Assembly (NCBI GenBank): GCA_964016885.1
Contig: OZ024751.1
Location: forward strand, 36,580,001-36,644,000
Direction: 5' to 3'
DNA: 64,000 bases
DNA from: Eledone cirrhosa
Lineage: Eukaryota
Of this stretch, positions 41,770 to 55,350 are shown one piece after another; the first letter of the stretch is position 1, and every line of letters begins with the position of its first letter. A model generated the notes under the pieces. The model saw nothing but the letters and a program-made list of their open reading frames with translations, was not told the origin of the DNA and ran no database searches. The position numbers and the translations under genes were made by a program.

Positions 41770-43530
41770 TAGTCCACACGCATTAGAAGTGGAGGAAATT
41801 GGGTGTGAAACACTACATAAACAGTGACGATGTCTGTGTGTATGTATGTATAAGCAAAAACAAAAGGAAACAGCACTAACTACATATTAAAATGATGTAT
41901 AGAGATTATACATGTGTATGTGGAAGTGACAATTCTTTATACGTGCCTTAACGAAAGAATATGTATATACTTATATATACATACATGTATATATAAGTAT
42001 ATACGCCGATGTCAGATAACGAATATAAAGTTGACAAACCAGTTACTATAATGTGCCTTGCATTTTTAAAACTTATTTCACTATCATTAACTTAATATCT
42101 TCAAATTACGCGAAATATTAGGAAACTTAACATGCAAGGAAACCAATTTTCCCTTTATCTAGCAGGGCCATTGAGAATCTGTCGCACTATTTCCGACGAC
42201 ACCGGCAGAGTAGAACAATCATGCATATCAAGTGACAAGAGCAGCTAAAAACGATACTTTTTTGTTATTTATATTTATATTTCTTTAAATAATTAATAAA
42301 TAAAATATTGTTTCATTTTAATTCATGATGAAAATAAATGTTTAAATACAAATACAATTTTTTATTCAAATCTTCAAAATAACTGGAGTGTATATATAAT
42401 GTCGAGCACCGGCTGTATAACCATGACTATATATATATATATATATATGCGAGTGTGTGTGTGTTTCTATATATATATAGACACAAATATATATTTGGTT
42501 TTAGAAAAAATGTTTTGGTTTATAAGACAATGTCATATCAAATTTTACATTAATTTTAGCTACATGGAATATATTGAAACCCACAAGCTCTTCCGCCCCC
42601 ATCTCTCTCAACATACACAAAGTATGTATGTAAATAAATTATATACAAATATACACCTAGAAACAATATATACACACACACACACACGCTTAACAGCGTT
42701 ATGTAGTTAGAAAACGATGCTGCATTTACAGTCGTGCAACGTGGTGTACATGTATATAATATATATATATCATGTGTGTGTGTGTGCATATATATATATA
42801 TATACACATACATACACGTAACATGTAGAGTAAGTGAGATATATGTAAAAACATTACCGAATTAAGAAATTAAACTAGATGAAATGAACTCTTAAAAATG
42901 AGGTTGTTTTTATGTGTCGAAGATGTTATGTCAAGAATGCTATCATCGCTGACATTTAGAAGAGAGGAAAATTAGAAATCAAGAATTATGGCGGTTGCGA
43001 GTTAGGAGAAGACCAAGATTGAAAAATCACTAAGCGGGTGTGTGCGTGTATATATATATGTATTTATACACACATATATACATATGTGTATAATATCGAA
43101 GTCAAAGTTATCAGTCGTTCTCCAGCCCCTTCCCTACTAAAAATAGGGTGGAAAATAATTGATGTTGAATTTGTGTTCACGGGAATACAGGTCATAGACT
43201 CCAACAACGAAAAATTCGTCTAAAAATATAACCATAAACTACAAATTAGATAACATAATATTATCGAAATATAAGAACGATCACTTATTTCTTTTAATGT
43301 CAATAGAGTTTGAAATTATTAAAATGTTATAACAAACTGATACACGAATTTCCTTTGTTCGAAATTAATTCTATTTTGACATCCAAGATGTGTGTGCGTA
43401 TACACACACACACACCTTGTATGTGTGTGTATATATATATAATACACACACAAACTATACATGATCTATTAGGTATGTATTTGTAAAAGGAAGACTTTAA
43501 CTGACAAGCGTTATGAATTAAACGAGATCC

Positions 43531-43677
43531 AAAGTAGATATGTACATAATTGGTTCTACTTTTGGCACAAGGCCAGCAATTACCTCAATGCATTACTGGT
43601 ACTTTATTTTATCGACCCCGTAAGGGTGAAAGGCAAAGTTAACCTCGGCGGGAAGGAAAAGTAGATATGTACATAAT
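43531..43677 (-). mobile_element. 5'-truncated S1 SINE with a 20-bp target-site duplication
   Basis: AAAGTAGATATGTACATAAT at 43531-43550 and 43658-43677 brackets the SINE 3' half. Confidence 0.85.
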
Positions 43678-43765
43678 GTTCTTACAACAGAAGGAAGGAC
43701 TTTCAAATTAATACTCAATACTATATAGTATATTAGCTATGATTTGTCACTACAGAACTGTTCGG

Positions 43766-43814
<49 letters not shown>

Positions 43815-44348
43815 TTAATTCCTAAAAGGTACGAGAGAACTGACAAAATTAACCCTGATCCAACGCAGTATTATAATGCTATGACGACTAACACACACAC
43901 ACTATCTGACATTCTTATTTTGTATTCACCTCAAATACAACAAAGATCACATATATAATCAGCACATGAAATATATACACACGTGTATATGTATATACAA
44001 AAAATGGTGCTTTCTGTCTTTGCTGTATTATACTTATACACACCTTTGTCTTTTGCATAAACACCTATACACGTGTGTATAATTTACCTGCATATATTTA
44101 CGTACATATACTAATGCTAGTAACGTAACACATTGACTTTAATTCCTTAATGTTTACGAGTGTATATATTTTTGTATATAAAGCAATGAGAAATATACAT
44201 AACGACATAGTGTGTGTGCGCGTGTATATATATATCCGACACGTTGGTATAGCGAAACAAAGGGAATATCCTCTCCCCCCCTTTTTTTAACTTCCATTTA
44301 GCATGTGCGTCAGCTAGGCTGCGCGCGTGTATATATATGCATGTATAC

Positions 44349-44381
<33 letters not shown>

Positions 44382-46284
44382 TGCATATATAAACCTACCT
44401 ACGTAACATCGTATTAGTCATATCACCTATTTCGTATTACTAATGTTCATTACGAAATGCTAATTACACACAGCACTAAGATTAAATAACGTTTTTTTAT
44501 GTCATTGTGGTACGATGTTTGATCATGAAGGAATAAAATCCACAAATGTCTTAGCTTTTCTCTCTTGTTAATCCACTAAATGCGTGTATATCTTGTTTAG
44601 GTGTGTATATATTTATGTATACAGGCATTATTTTATTTTAGGGCTAATTGATCTGTAATTAGTTTCAACAAAGCTTTCGTATACGAAAGGTAGTTTTAGC
44701 TAGACAAAAGGTATTAATTTTATAATACATAACACAAACACACACACACACATTATATATATATATATATATACACACACACATTGTAAGAACAAAGGCG
44801 TGCAGATATACAAAAACCGAAGCAGTGAGGATTATACACATTTATATATATATATATATATATATAGGCATATATTTTCGTACATATAGAAATACATACA
44901 CACATCTAAATGCTTAAAATGGTTATAAAATAGCACGTTGTTTAGCTATACCACTTATACATAATTTCTGTTTAATATTTTAATTGGTTTAAGAATTATT
45001 TCGGCAGCAGAGAAGAAAAAATGTAATAAAGACATCTCCATGAGTCATAGAGAGAAAATGGCTTCGACTGGCACTAGATCTTTGAAGTATAGTTTGGAAC
45101 AAATATCTTAATTGTAATATTTAGAACATGTACACACTATAAAAGAGACGGACAAATATAATTATGAAGGGAGAGGCTTGCTTCAGTAAGAGAGGTACTG
45201 ACGGAAGAATTTTAAAAAAAGACAAAATTGGAGTGATGCTGCTGCAGATATATAGGCATATATAGTGTATTATATATAGTAAGAATAATACTAATAATAT
45301 AACCGATAGGTCATGACCCAAGTATGAAATAGCAGAGATGACAAATAAGTTTACAGTTGACATGAACGAAACAATTTATTTTCGTAGGAGGATGGGTGGG
45401 GGCAAGCTTTATGACATTACGGGGTGTACTGTAAATGTATTATTGGTGTTGCTAATACATATACAAAAAGGCAAACGAAAGCAGTTATGATAGTACTACT
45501 AATGGAAACCTGCTAGCTTGCAGTAGATTTCAAATTTAATTTATTTGCTATGTTTAAAGCGTACAATTTCTTTGACAAGCGTTGACATTAACGAGGGGTG
45601 AATATGCATGAGGTGCCCCCCCAAAATCTATTGTTGGTGTCGATTTTTACCTACAAAAAAGTAAACGAAAACAGATCTGTGGTAGTTAATAGTACTAATG
45701 GCTTGTTTGCAGTAGAAAATTGTATTTTATATTTTCTGATTTAAGAGAAACAAGCTAAATTGCACTCACTATATTAACATTTAACAGCACACAAAGAGAA
45801 ATTAAGTTGCATAAAAAAAAGAACGTTTAAAGAAACGAAACGAAATTAAGACAGTTCTGGTGGTGGCGAAGACTAACGAAATGAGTAAGCGATTAAGTGG
45901 GGGGAAAAAAATAGATATGAATTTAGTAATTCTACAAGAATGGAGCAATGTAGAAAATATAGCCTAGAAGGCATAAGAGCTATACAGAAGAGATATACAG
46001 AAAATGCGAGGGTGTATATAATACATATATGCACAAGCACAATAGTCAAGAGAATATAAGACAGCACAACAACTATACACTCGTACACAAAAGAAAATAC
46101 ATGTAATTAACCGAGATAATAAAACAGAAAAAAAAAAACAGCGCAAGAGCACTAACCTAAAAATAAAATACTTCTAGAAAATACTATTAGACTACACGCA
46201 TGTAGTGTGTGCTATATATATATATATATATTATATATATATATATACACATACACACCATACACATACGTGCTATATAAACAT

Positions 46285-46317
<33 letters not shown>

Positions 46318-47846
46318 CATAGCAATCACACACCAACCTCGATGTCAGTTAAACGAGTACCAACTCTCGATGTGTGTATTGGGGGGGGATAGTGGGTAGC
46401 TAGTTGTGTGTAAATCTATGTCTATCTCTAAAGCTTTCTTGCTTATCCAACATGGCCTAGAGATATACTAAGTACTGCTCGTTGAATTGCTGCTAGAGTA
46501 TGTAGGATATAGTTTCTAATTACTCACAACTTCATCACGCAGCAGGGGGTTGTGGCTGTGGTTGTTGGTTTCTAATATAGCACTGCCTTGTCTTACTATT
46601 GCTAAGTTACTAGCATGGAATTACTCACTTTAATCATATATTGAAAATAGTTTACAATAAAAACAAATCAAATAACTACTACAACACATACACGATCCAA
46701 AATAACATTGCCTTTGCTTTGCTTTATTCTTTCTTTTAAATAATCCTTTTGAAGTCATAAGTTCGATTCCTTGACAGGGCGGAACGTTGTTTTCTTCAAC
46801 AAGACGCTTCATTTTAAAGTACTTTCCATGTTAAGACTAGGGACCATTTATAATTACACAAAACACCCGAGAAACATATAAGATGCAACTTTAAAAGAGG
46901 TCAGCTTAACTGGCATTGGGGTGTGAGCTGGGGCTTTCGAAATCAAATACCCGCTAAAAATAAGAAAAATAACAAAAATTACGAGATAGAAATTAAACAA
47001 AAAAACAAAAACAAAGTAGAACTGAAAGGCCATGCTGTACTGTTGTGTGAGGAAAATCTAAGACACGAGGAGAAAAGTAAGGAGGGAAGGGCGCCAACTT
47101 CTATGATGAATGACAATATTTACAGATCGATTATTTTTGCCTTGTAGCTCTGCTCTTAATAGTTTCCAGTAGTGAGTGGAGTTATAGTGCACTTGCTGAT
47201 CATAGTAAAAACAACTTTCGTATTTTATTATACATATAAACATCTATCTATATATCTATCTAAAAGCTAAAGTTAGTTGGGGATTTTTCTTTTGTTTTCA
47301 TTTAAATGAAACATTAACACATTTTAAAGAAATTGTTGAATTGTTTTTCCATGTGCAATCTTTGTTATCGGTAAATGAGTTATGTGCGTGTGGAATATGT
47401 TAAAAAGATGGAAAATGTGTATGTATGTGTATATATAACACCGAGTAAAGCTAGAATTGGCGAAACTCGAGAATATATATATCCCTAAGGACGTTGAAAT
47501 TAAAGCTACAACAAATAAACAAATGCATGTGTATAGAAAAATATTGAATTCACATTGCCAAAAGTGGATGTCGGGTTCGAGTGAGCTTTAAGCATTGCTC
47601 TTCAATTCCTTTGAAAGGTTTGAAGAGGGGAGAAACTTCAGGACAAATATTAATAAAATATTAATTTTTAATATTAACAAAAAATATTTGAAATGAAAAA
47701 CAAAAAAGACACCCCAAGACATAGGTGGTCTTTTAGTAACAATAATTCAAAATATATCGTGGAGATATATTGGAATTAATCAAAAGATTACATTTTGTAA
47801 AAATAGATGGTATAATAAATAATTCTTGTTGTACTGAAAAACTTAC

Positions 47847-48117
47847 CTTGTCGGCCAACAATTTCAGCAACGTGTTCCGAACTGGGAACTGGCACACATT
47901 CCGTCATGTTGGCGCTGCGTTTTCGAGGAGCAGACTCGTCAAAAGTTTGAGGAGCATTCGGAAGTCCATTGCTACTACTGGTCGTGGTGGTGGTCGTATC
48001 TTCATCTGTATTTAATCCAGCGAGCATTGTCAACTCCAGGGCCAACTGCATAGCACGGTGGTCTTCCAGACCTCCGCTATTACCATTCATGTCGGTACTG
48101 AAGAGACTTGCAGGCAT
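47847..48117 (-). CDS. mex3: First coding exon of a MEX3-family RNA-binding protein (N-terminus and start of KH1)
   Basis: Translation [12 protein letters not shown]...[18 protein letters not shown]...[28 protein letters not shown] matches the MEX3 signature (MPSSLF..., [28 protein letters not shown]). The exon ends at CAAG|GTAAGT after 47847 (phase 1), where MEX3 genes typically carry their intron. ATG is at 48117; the ORF-track start at 48120 is GTG. Confidence 0.95.
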
Positions 48118-48164
48118 CACAAATGCAGTTGGAGTGAGCGAGACAGGCGAAGGAATATAATAGA

Positions 48165-48214
<50 letters not shown>

Positions 48215-48219
48215 GATAT

Positions 48220-48257
<38 letters not shown>

Positions 48258-50669
48258 GCTTTTTTTTTTTAAATAATATATTTGCTATATCTTTTCTTTT
48301 GTTGTCCCTCTTTTAGAGAGGAGTTTAGGGCTTAAGTGTAAGGGTAGTGGTGGAGAGAACAAAGACTTCGATTGCGAAGTGTTAAAGCTTGTGGTTTGGT
48401 GGTAATAGTAGTGGTGGTGTTGATGGTGGGGAAGGGCAGTTTGTTTTTGTTATTTTTAAAAATTATTAATATATATTTATATTTTTGTTTTGATTTTTGA
48501 TTTTTTTTTTTCTTTTCAGACTGTGGTGATCAGAAGGCAAGATAAGGGAAAAAACCGGAAACAAAAATATGTGATTTTAATGTAATTTGTATACATTAGT
48601 ACCTAAATAATATTTATATATATATATATGATATATACACGTTGACTATACTATTATAATTATTATATATATATTATGTATTTGTACACACAGAACTTTC
48701 TTTCTCTTACATACACATAAAGGACGGGTGGGTTGGAAAGGTGAAAGATACACGGGCAGTAGCAATATTAAGAGATTATTTTTGTGTTTTTCTGTTTGGG
48801 ATTTTTTTGTGATTTTCTTTTCTTTTGTTATTAGCAGAAGCCAGAAATGCTACCACTCAAAATGTGAAAAAACGAACATTGACACTTGAAATAAAACTGA
48901 TCAACTTCGCAATATAAACTTTAGTTCTACACTTTACTTTTGGAGGGCTTTTAATAATAGGTTAAAGGTGTGAAAAACTATCCTATCTTGCAGACACACC
49001 GAACTATATACATATATCTGAATATATATATATGTATATTTTATTAATACTTTATATAGAGTTTTTGGTTGAAACAAAACCAAGTTACGAGAAAGAAAAG
49101 ATCGGGAAACCAAAACAAAATGAGATGAAAAAGACAATATAATTTCTAATTTTATATAATAGTAAGCAAAACAAATAGAATGTTTGCCTGCTTTAATATA
49201 TACATATATACACGTGTATTTATATATGTATTGTATATATATTATATTCTCTTTTGCACAATAAACGGTATCACTTTCTTTTGTGTGGGGGGGGGGGATA
49301 ATATAAGTTAGAGCTAAGGTATGTAGTTCCTTTTTTCTATAGATAAATATCTGCCAAAAATATAAGGGAGAAATCAATGTTTATGTACACATATATGTAT
49401 ATATATATATATATAGTATATTATATTTTGATAAGAATTTGTACGAAATATACCTAGATATTGGTGATCGCAGTACAATGAGAAGTTAATACCCACTAAG
49501 TTTATATATATATATGGATATACTTTGTGGCAAAAGCAATATTTTCCTGCTAATGTGAAAACATGTATATATATAATATACACAAGATATGTGAAAGTGT
49601 GTAGATGTAGAGTTCGAATGTATGTATATTATTATATATATATATATAGACAAGGAATTTTGTGTGTGTATGTGTGTGTTAAGCCGCGGTGAAAAGTACT
49701 TGTCCCCACTAAATTTTCTTCCGATCTTCATACAAGAGGGTTGTAGTAAAAGACCGGAATTTCATTCAAGACAACACGAAGCAACTACTACGGAGTGTAT
49801 ATAAATATATATATATTTATATATTTATAGTTAAATACCGATTATATATATATATATATATATATATACAATTATATATATATATTTAAACAAGAGGGTG
49901 CGGAGGCTTAGGCCGTGGCATGCAGTGTTGTGTGCGCGCGACTTCAAGTGTTTAACGTTAGAAATGTTGAGGAAAAATGTGTATTTGCAAAGAGTAATAA
50001 GAATCCTTCTGGTTTGGTAGACGCTTGGTATTAGCACTAGTTGTAGTAATAGTAGTAGTAGCAACAGACTGTAGTAGTACTGGTTGTATTTATTATTTCA
50101 ACGCTCATTTGTGAGGTGTGGTAGAATTTTTTTTCTCCTTCTCCCTTGATTTCTTTCTTTTAAGCTTTTGTTTGGTTTGTGTTCGTAAATTTGTAGTAGT
50201 AAACTACCTATGTTATCTATAATATATATAATATATATACCATATATATTATATATATATGGTATATATATTTATATATATATATATGATTTTCACTCCT
50301 GTGTTTGTTGCTGGTTATAAAACGAGTCTGTCTTGCTATTTTCTCTCTCCTTTCATAATAAATCGTCCTTTTGGCTTCGTTTCTGCTGTGGTTGTTGTTG
50401 TTATGTTTCGTGTTGGGTTGGGTTGGGTTTTTTTTTCTGTTTTTTGTTATTTTTTTTTTCTTTTTAGGTCGGTATAAATATATACATATACAGATATATA
50501 TATAAGTGTATATATATATATATATTGTAATATATATATATATTACACGCTTTATCGTCTTTTTTTTCTTGTTTTGATTTGATGGTGGTGGTGGTTCTGT
50601 TTACCGTTTTCTTTGAAAATTCTAACTCCTTCTCCTCTCAACACACCAACAACAACAAAAGCCACACAG

Positions 50670-50860
50670 CTGCTGCCTTCGGCGCGGCATCGAAATCCAA
50701 CTAAGGAGCACCGACCAGGCGCACTGCACAAAAGCAATTATCGCCAATGTCTGACGTCATCACGTCGGAGCTGGAAGCGAGTGTTAGCGAAAAATGATGG
50801 CTCCCACTGTTAGCCTTTCTGGTTGGTCGGTTGTCGGCACGTGACTCAAAACGAGAGGCG
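50670..50860 (-). promoter_or_regulatory. Candidate mex-3 promoter or proximal regulatory cluster
   Basis: Locally CpG-rich, non-repetitive patch about 2.6 kb upstream of the ATG. Contains CCAAT (50744-50748), a perfect CRE TGACGTCA (50752-50759) with an adjacent TCACGTC, and CACGTG (50838-50843) overlapping an AP-1 site TGACTCA (50842-50848). Confidence 0.6.
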
Positions 50861-51505
50861 TGGTTTTGAGAATAGAGGGAGGTGGTATGAGTGAGAAAGA
50901 CAGACTAAGAGAAACAATACGAGTGGGTGCAAAAAGAAAAGCTACTCTTAGATATACACATACACTATATATAGAAAGAGAGAGAGCGAGAGATACGCAC
51001 ATACATATGTGTGTGTATATACTTATATTAAAGCGAAAGGGAGATAAATACGTATTGGAAAGTAAAGAAAAGTCGAGAGAAGATGATGAGAAAGAAACAA
51101 TGAGAGAGGTATAGAGTGAAGAAAGACAAGAAATAAGAGACATAAATAGATATAGTAAGATAAGGTGAGAGAGTGGGCCATAAAAGAGGTGGGTATACTA
51201 AGGAGAGTGAGAGAAAGAAGGAAAAAATTTCTGAAGGAAAACAACAGGGATATGGAGAAAGATGAAATTAGTGTATATCTATGTATCTGTCTGTCTAGTG
51301 ATGTGTGTGTATGTGTGCGATAGAGAGAGGAAAATAGAAGAGATGAATGTATAGATATAGAAGAGGGAAGGGAGATAGGATAGAGATAGATAGATAGATA
51401 GATAGAGAGCAAGGACGAATATTATATATATATATGTATATAAATATATATATATATAATTTTCTCGTCCGCTCTCTCAGTCTCTCTCTATACACACTCA
51501 GACAT

Positions 51506-51547
<42 letters not shown>

Positions 51548-51734
51548 AAGGGGGGGTGGGGGAGACCAAGAGAGAAGAAAACAGGCGTGGAAGAAAGGAA
51601 GAATTGGACAACACTTATTTTATTTAGACAAATCCTGAGTAAATTTTTAAAGTGTCTATGTGTGTGTTTGTTGTGTCTGTGTGTATGTTTTGTCTGTGTT
51701 TATGTGTACGCACGCGCACACAACACATCCACCC

Positions 51735-51791
<57 letters not shown>

Positions 51792-51959
51792 TATTTATAT
51801 TGGAAATGATAGCGCGCTTATCCGTCAAACGAAAGTTTTGAGTTCGATTCCCACGTGTGCTACCCAATTCTAGTCCGCCCGGGAAGCTTATGTGCCCTGT
51901 TATTGGACTTTTTATGTACCGTAGTAAAAAAAAATACAATGAAAGCTTTTAATTCAATG

Positions 51960-51998
<39 letters not shown>

Positions 51999-52060
51999 GT
52001 GTGTGTGTGTATTATATATATATATTACACACACACACATATATATATATATATATTTAT

Positions 52061-52265
52061 ATAGGAACCAGTAAGACCCCGACAGCTGAGCTCAAGCCGT
52101 TTCGACGGCTAATTCTGGACTAATTAGTCCAGAATTAGCCGTCGAAACGGCTTGAGCTCAGCTGTCGGGGTCTTACTGGTTCCTATTACCCACTCTACTA
52201 CCCCAAGTATTGAGTACTTTGGTGCGTTATGGTCCACCTGGTTCCTTACCACATTTCCTTCGTTA
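52061..52265. mobile_element. Family B fold-back element with a perfect 126-bp palindrome (52061-52186)
   Basis: 63-bp arms with no mismatch and no spacer. Each arm has GAAA-CGGC-UUGAGCUCA-GCUG-UC-GGGGUC. The tail carries TATTGAGTACTTT. Flanked by (TA)n. Confidence 0.8.
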
Positions 52266-52271
52266 TATATT

Positions 52272-52305
<34 letters not shown>

Positions 52306-52535
52306 CATACATACATGTTACATATATATTATACAATGTACATGCGTTTATTTCTCAAATGCAAGTTGGAAAATGTCAATATTTACTACAATGCCATACA
52401 TTGGGTGTGTGTCTGTGTGTGCGTGCGTGTGTGTATGATAACCCACGTGAATATATCTAAATAAACGATATATAGAACCGTTCTGCATCCCATGGGGTAT
52501 GAATATATATCCCATATATATATATATATATATAT

Positions 52536-52686
52536 ATATTTATTAAAATAACAGATTAAAGTTTAAGTAAAGAATCGCTGTTTCACCCTTAACGGGATCT
52601 TCTGAGACTGAAGATTCAGAAGATCCCGTTAAGGGTGAAAGCAGAGATTCTTTGCTTAAACTTTAATCTGTTATTTTAATAAATAT
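52536..52686. mobile_element. Family C fold-back element with CAGAAGA hammerhead-like motifs
   Basis: Inverted arms of about 70 bp. Plus strand CAGAAGA-UCCCGUUAAGGGU-GAAA-GCAGAGAUUCUUUGC-UU-AAAC. Confidence 0.65.
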
Positions 52687-52777
52687 TTGCTCTACGGTTC
52701 TTATATATTTTAATATTTTAGATATATTTTTCCTTATCGAGCCCTCTTTGGATTTTAGTCTTCAAATTTATTATTAT

Positions 52778-53453
<676 letters not shown>

Positions 53454-53519
53454 TATAATAAATAGGTTCCCGAATGATGTGTGTGTGTGGGGGGGGGGGG
53501 GGGTAACGACACTTTTAAA

Positions 53520-53665
53520 AAGGTACTCAATACGCTGGTAGAGTATAGGCATCTCTATTATATAGAGAAATGACTTATACGTGACCAGAACTGTTTCATT
53601 CGCATGAAATCATCAAGAATGTCTTTGATGATTTCATGATAATGAAACAGTTTTAGTCCTGTAGT
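53520..53665. mobile_element. Family A fold-back element (both cores UUGAUGA)
   Basis: Inverted arms AACTGTTTCATT...AAATCATCAA / TTGATGATTT...AATGAAACAGTT, preceded by AAGGTACTCAATAC as at 31961. Confidence 0.65.
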
Positions 53666-53675
53666 TCTAGTCTTT

Positions 53676-53730
<55 letters not shown>

Positions 53731-53777
53731 ATGTACTGCCTCTCTGGGTTTTTTTGTTGTTCTCTGTGCATTTATTC

Positions 53778-53836
<59 letters not shown>

Positions 53837-54585
53837 GTTATGCAAGAAATGCTTAGGATTATCCTGAATGCAGTAATGGTTAATTACTACACTAGATGGA
53901 GTCGACGTACCTTTTTATGATGTCTACCTGTTTTATTAATCATTCTTTGTATATATATATATATGTACACACACAAAAATGTACACACACTTTTATTAGA
54001 ATGCTGTTGAAGTGTGTATACATTTTTGGGGGACATCTTCTCCCTCTATACATATATATATATTAAAGATTAATTAGTCTCTTAAACATCTCAATGAATG
54101 GATAAAATATATAGATAAGATGTCACCCTGAGAAGCAATATTATATATTAAATTTAAGTGAGAAAATACTCTATTCATGGGAGTATAAGCCAGGCAAACC
54201 ACAACAAATATTTAGTCAATCCCACGTGTATATCGATCTCCCTCCCATGGAATATGTAGTATGAATAGCCAAGAGATCTTACAATTCACTGCCAATGGGA
54301 GTATGTCGAATGGGTACATTCTATTATTTTATTCTAAGTTAATGAGTGTGGGTGGTGAAATAGCAATAGGATCGTTAGAGCGTTGGACAAAATGTTTTGT
54401 GTTATATCACTACGTCTCTTTGCGTTCTGAATTCAAACTAGGCCGATGTTAACTTTGCCTTTCATATTTACGAGGTCGATAAAATAAAGTACCAGTAAGT
54501 CACTGGTTCCGATTAATCGACTTTTACCTTCCCAAAAATTGTTGGCCTTGTGCCTAAAGCAGAATCAATTATTATTATTAATATT

Positions 54586-55350
54586 ATAGGGTGGTGGATT
54601 GGCAGTATCGGTAGAGGGTCGGACGCCATGTTAGGGCGGTGGATTGGCAGTATCGGTAGAAGGTCGGACGCCATGTTAGGGCGGTGGATTGGCAGTATCG
54701 GTAGAGGGTCGGACGCCATGTTAGGGCGGTGGATTGGCAGTATCGGTAGAGTGTCGGACGCCATGTTAGGGCGGTGAATTGGCAGTATCGGTAGAGGGTC
54801 GGACGCCATGTTAGGGCGGTGGATTGGCAGTATCGGTAGAGGGTCGGACGCCATGTTAGGGCGGTGGATTGGCAGTATCGGTAGAGTGTCGGACGCCATG
54901 TTAGGGCGGTGGATTGGCAGTATCGGTAGAGGGTCGGACGCCATGTTAGGGCGGTGGATTGGCAGTATCGGTAGAGGGTCGGACGCCATGTTAGGGCGGT
55001 GGATTGGCAGTATCGGTAGAGGGTCGGACGCCATGATAGGGCGGTGGATTGGCAGTATCGGTAGAGGGTCGGACGCCATGTTAGGGCGGTGGATTGGCAG
55101 TATCGGTAGAGTGTCGGACGCCATGTTAGGGCGGTGGATTGGCAGTATCGGTAGAGGGTCGGACGCCATGATAGGGCGGTGGATTGGCAGTATCGGTAGA
55201 GGGTCGGACGCCATGTTAGGGCGGTGGATTGGCAGTATCGGTAGAGGGTCGGACGCCATGTTAGGGCGGTGAATTGGCAGTATCGGTAGAGGGTCGGACG
55301 CCATGTTAGGGCGGTGGATTGGCAGTATCGGTAGAGGGTCGGACGCCATG
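54586..55350 (+). repeat. 45-bp minisatellite (17 copies) derived from the S1 SINE head
   Basis: Unit TTAGGGCGGTGGATTGGCAGTATCGGTAGAGGGTCGGACGCCATG; the last copy runs into the rest of the SINE (55351-55485). Confidence 0.95.

Noticed and set aside
45410-45720. Diverged ~170-bp tandem duplication (a similar case at 28845-28950 versus 29450-29555)
   Set aside because: Real but old local duplications with no discernible functional signal.
47788-47846. C-terminal part of the 110-aa ORF (KFFSTTRII...)
   Set aside because: Read-through into the intron past the GTAAGT donor; MEX3 similarity stops at GRQG.
52061-52186. miRNA precursor or DNA-transposon MITE reading of the palindromes
   Set aside because: Multi-copy, with variable fold-back centres and a one-sided tail; this does not fit a fixed pre-miRNA hairpin or symmetric TIR ends.
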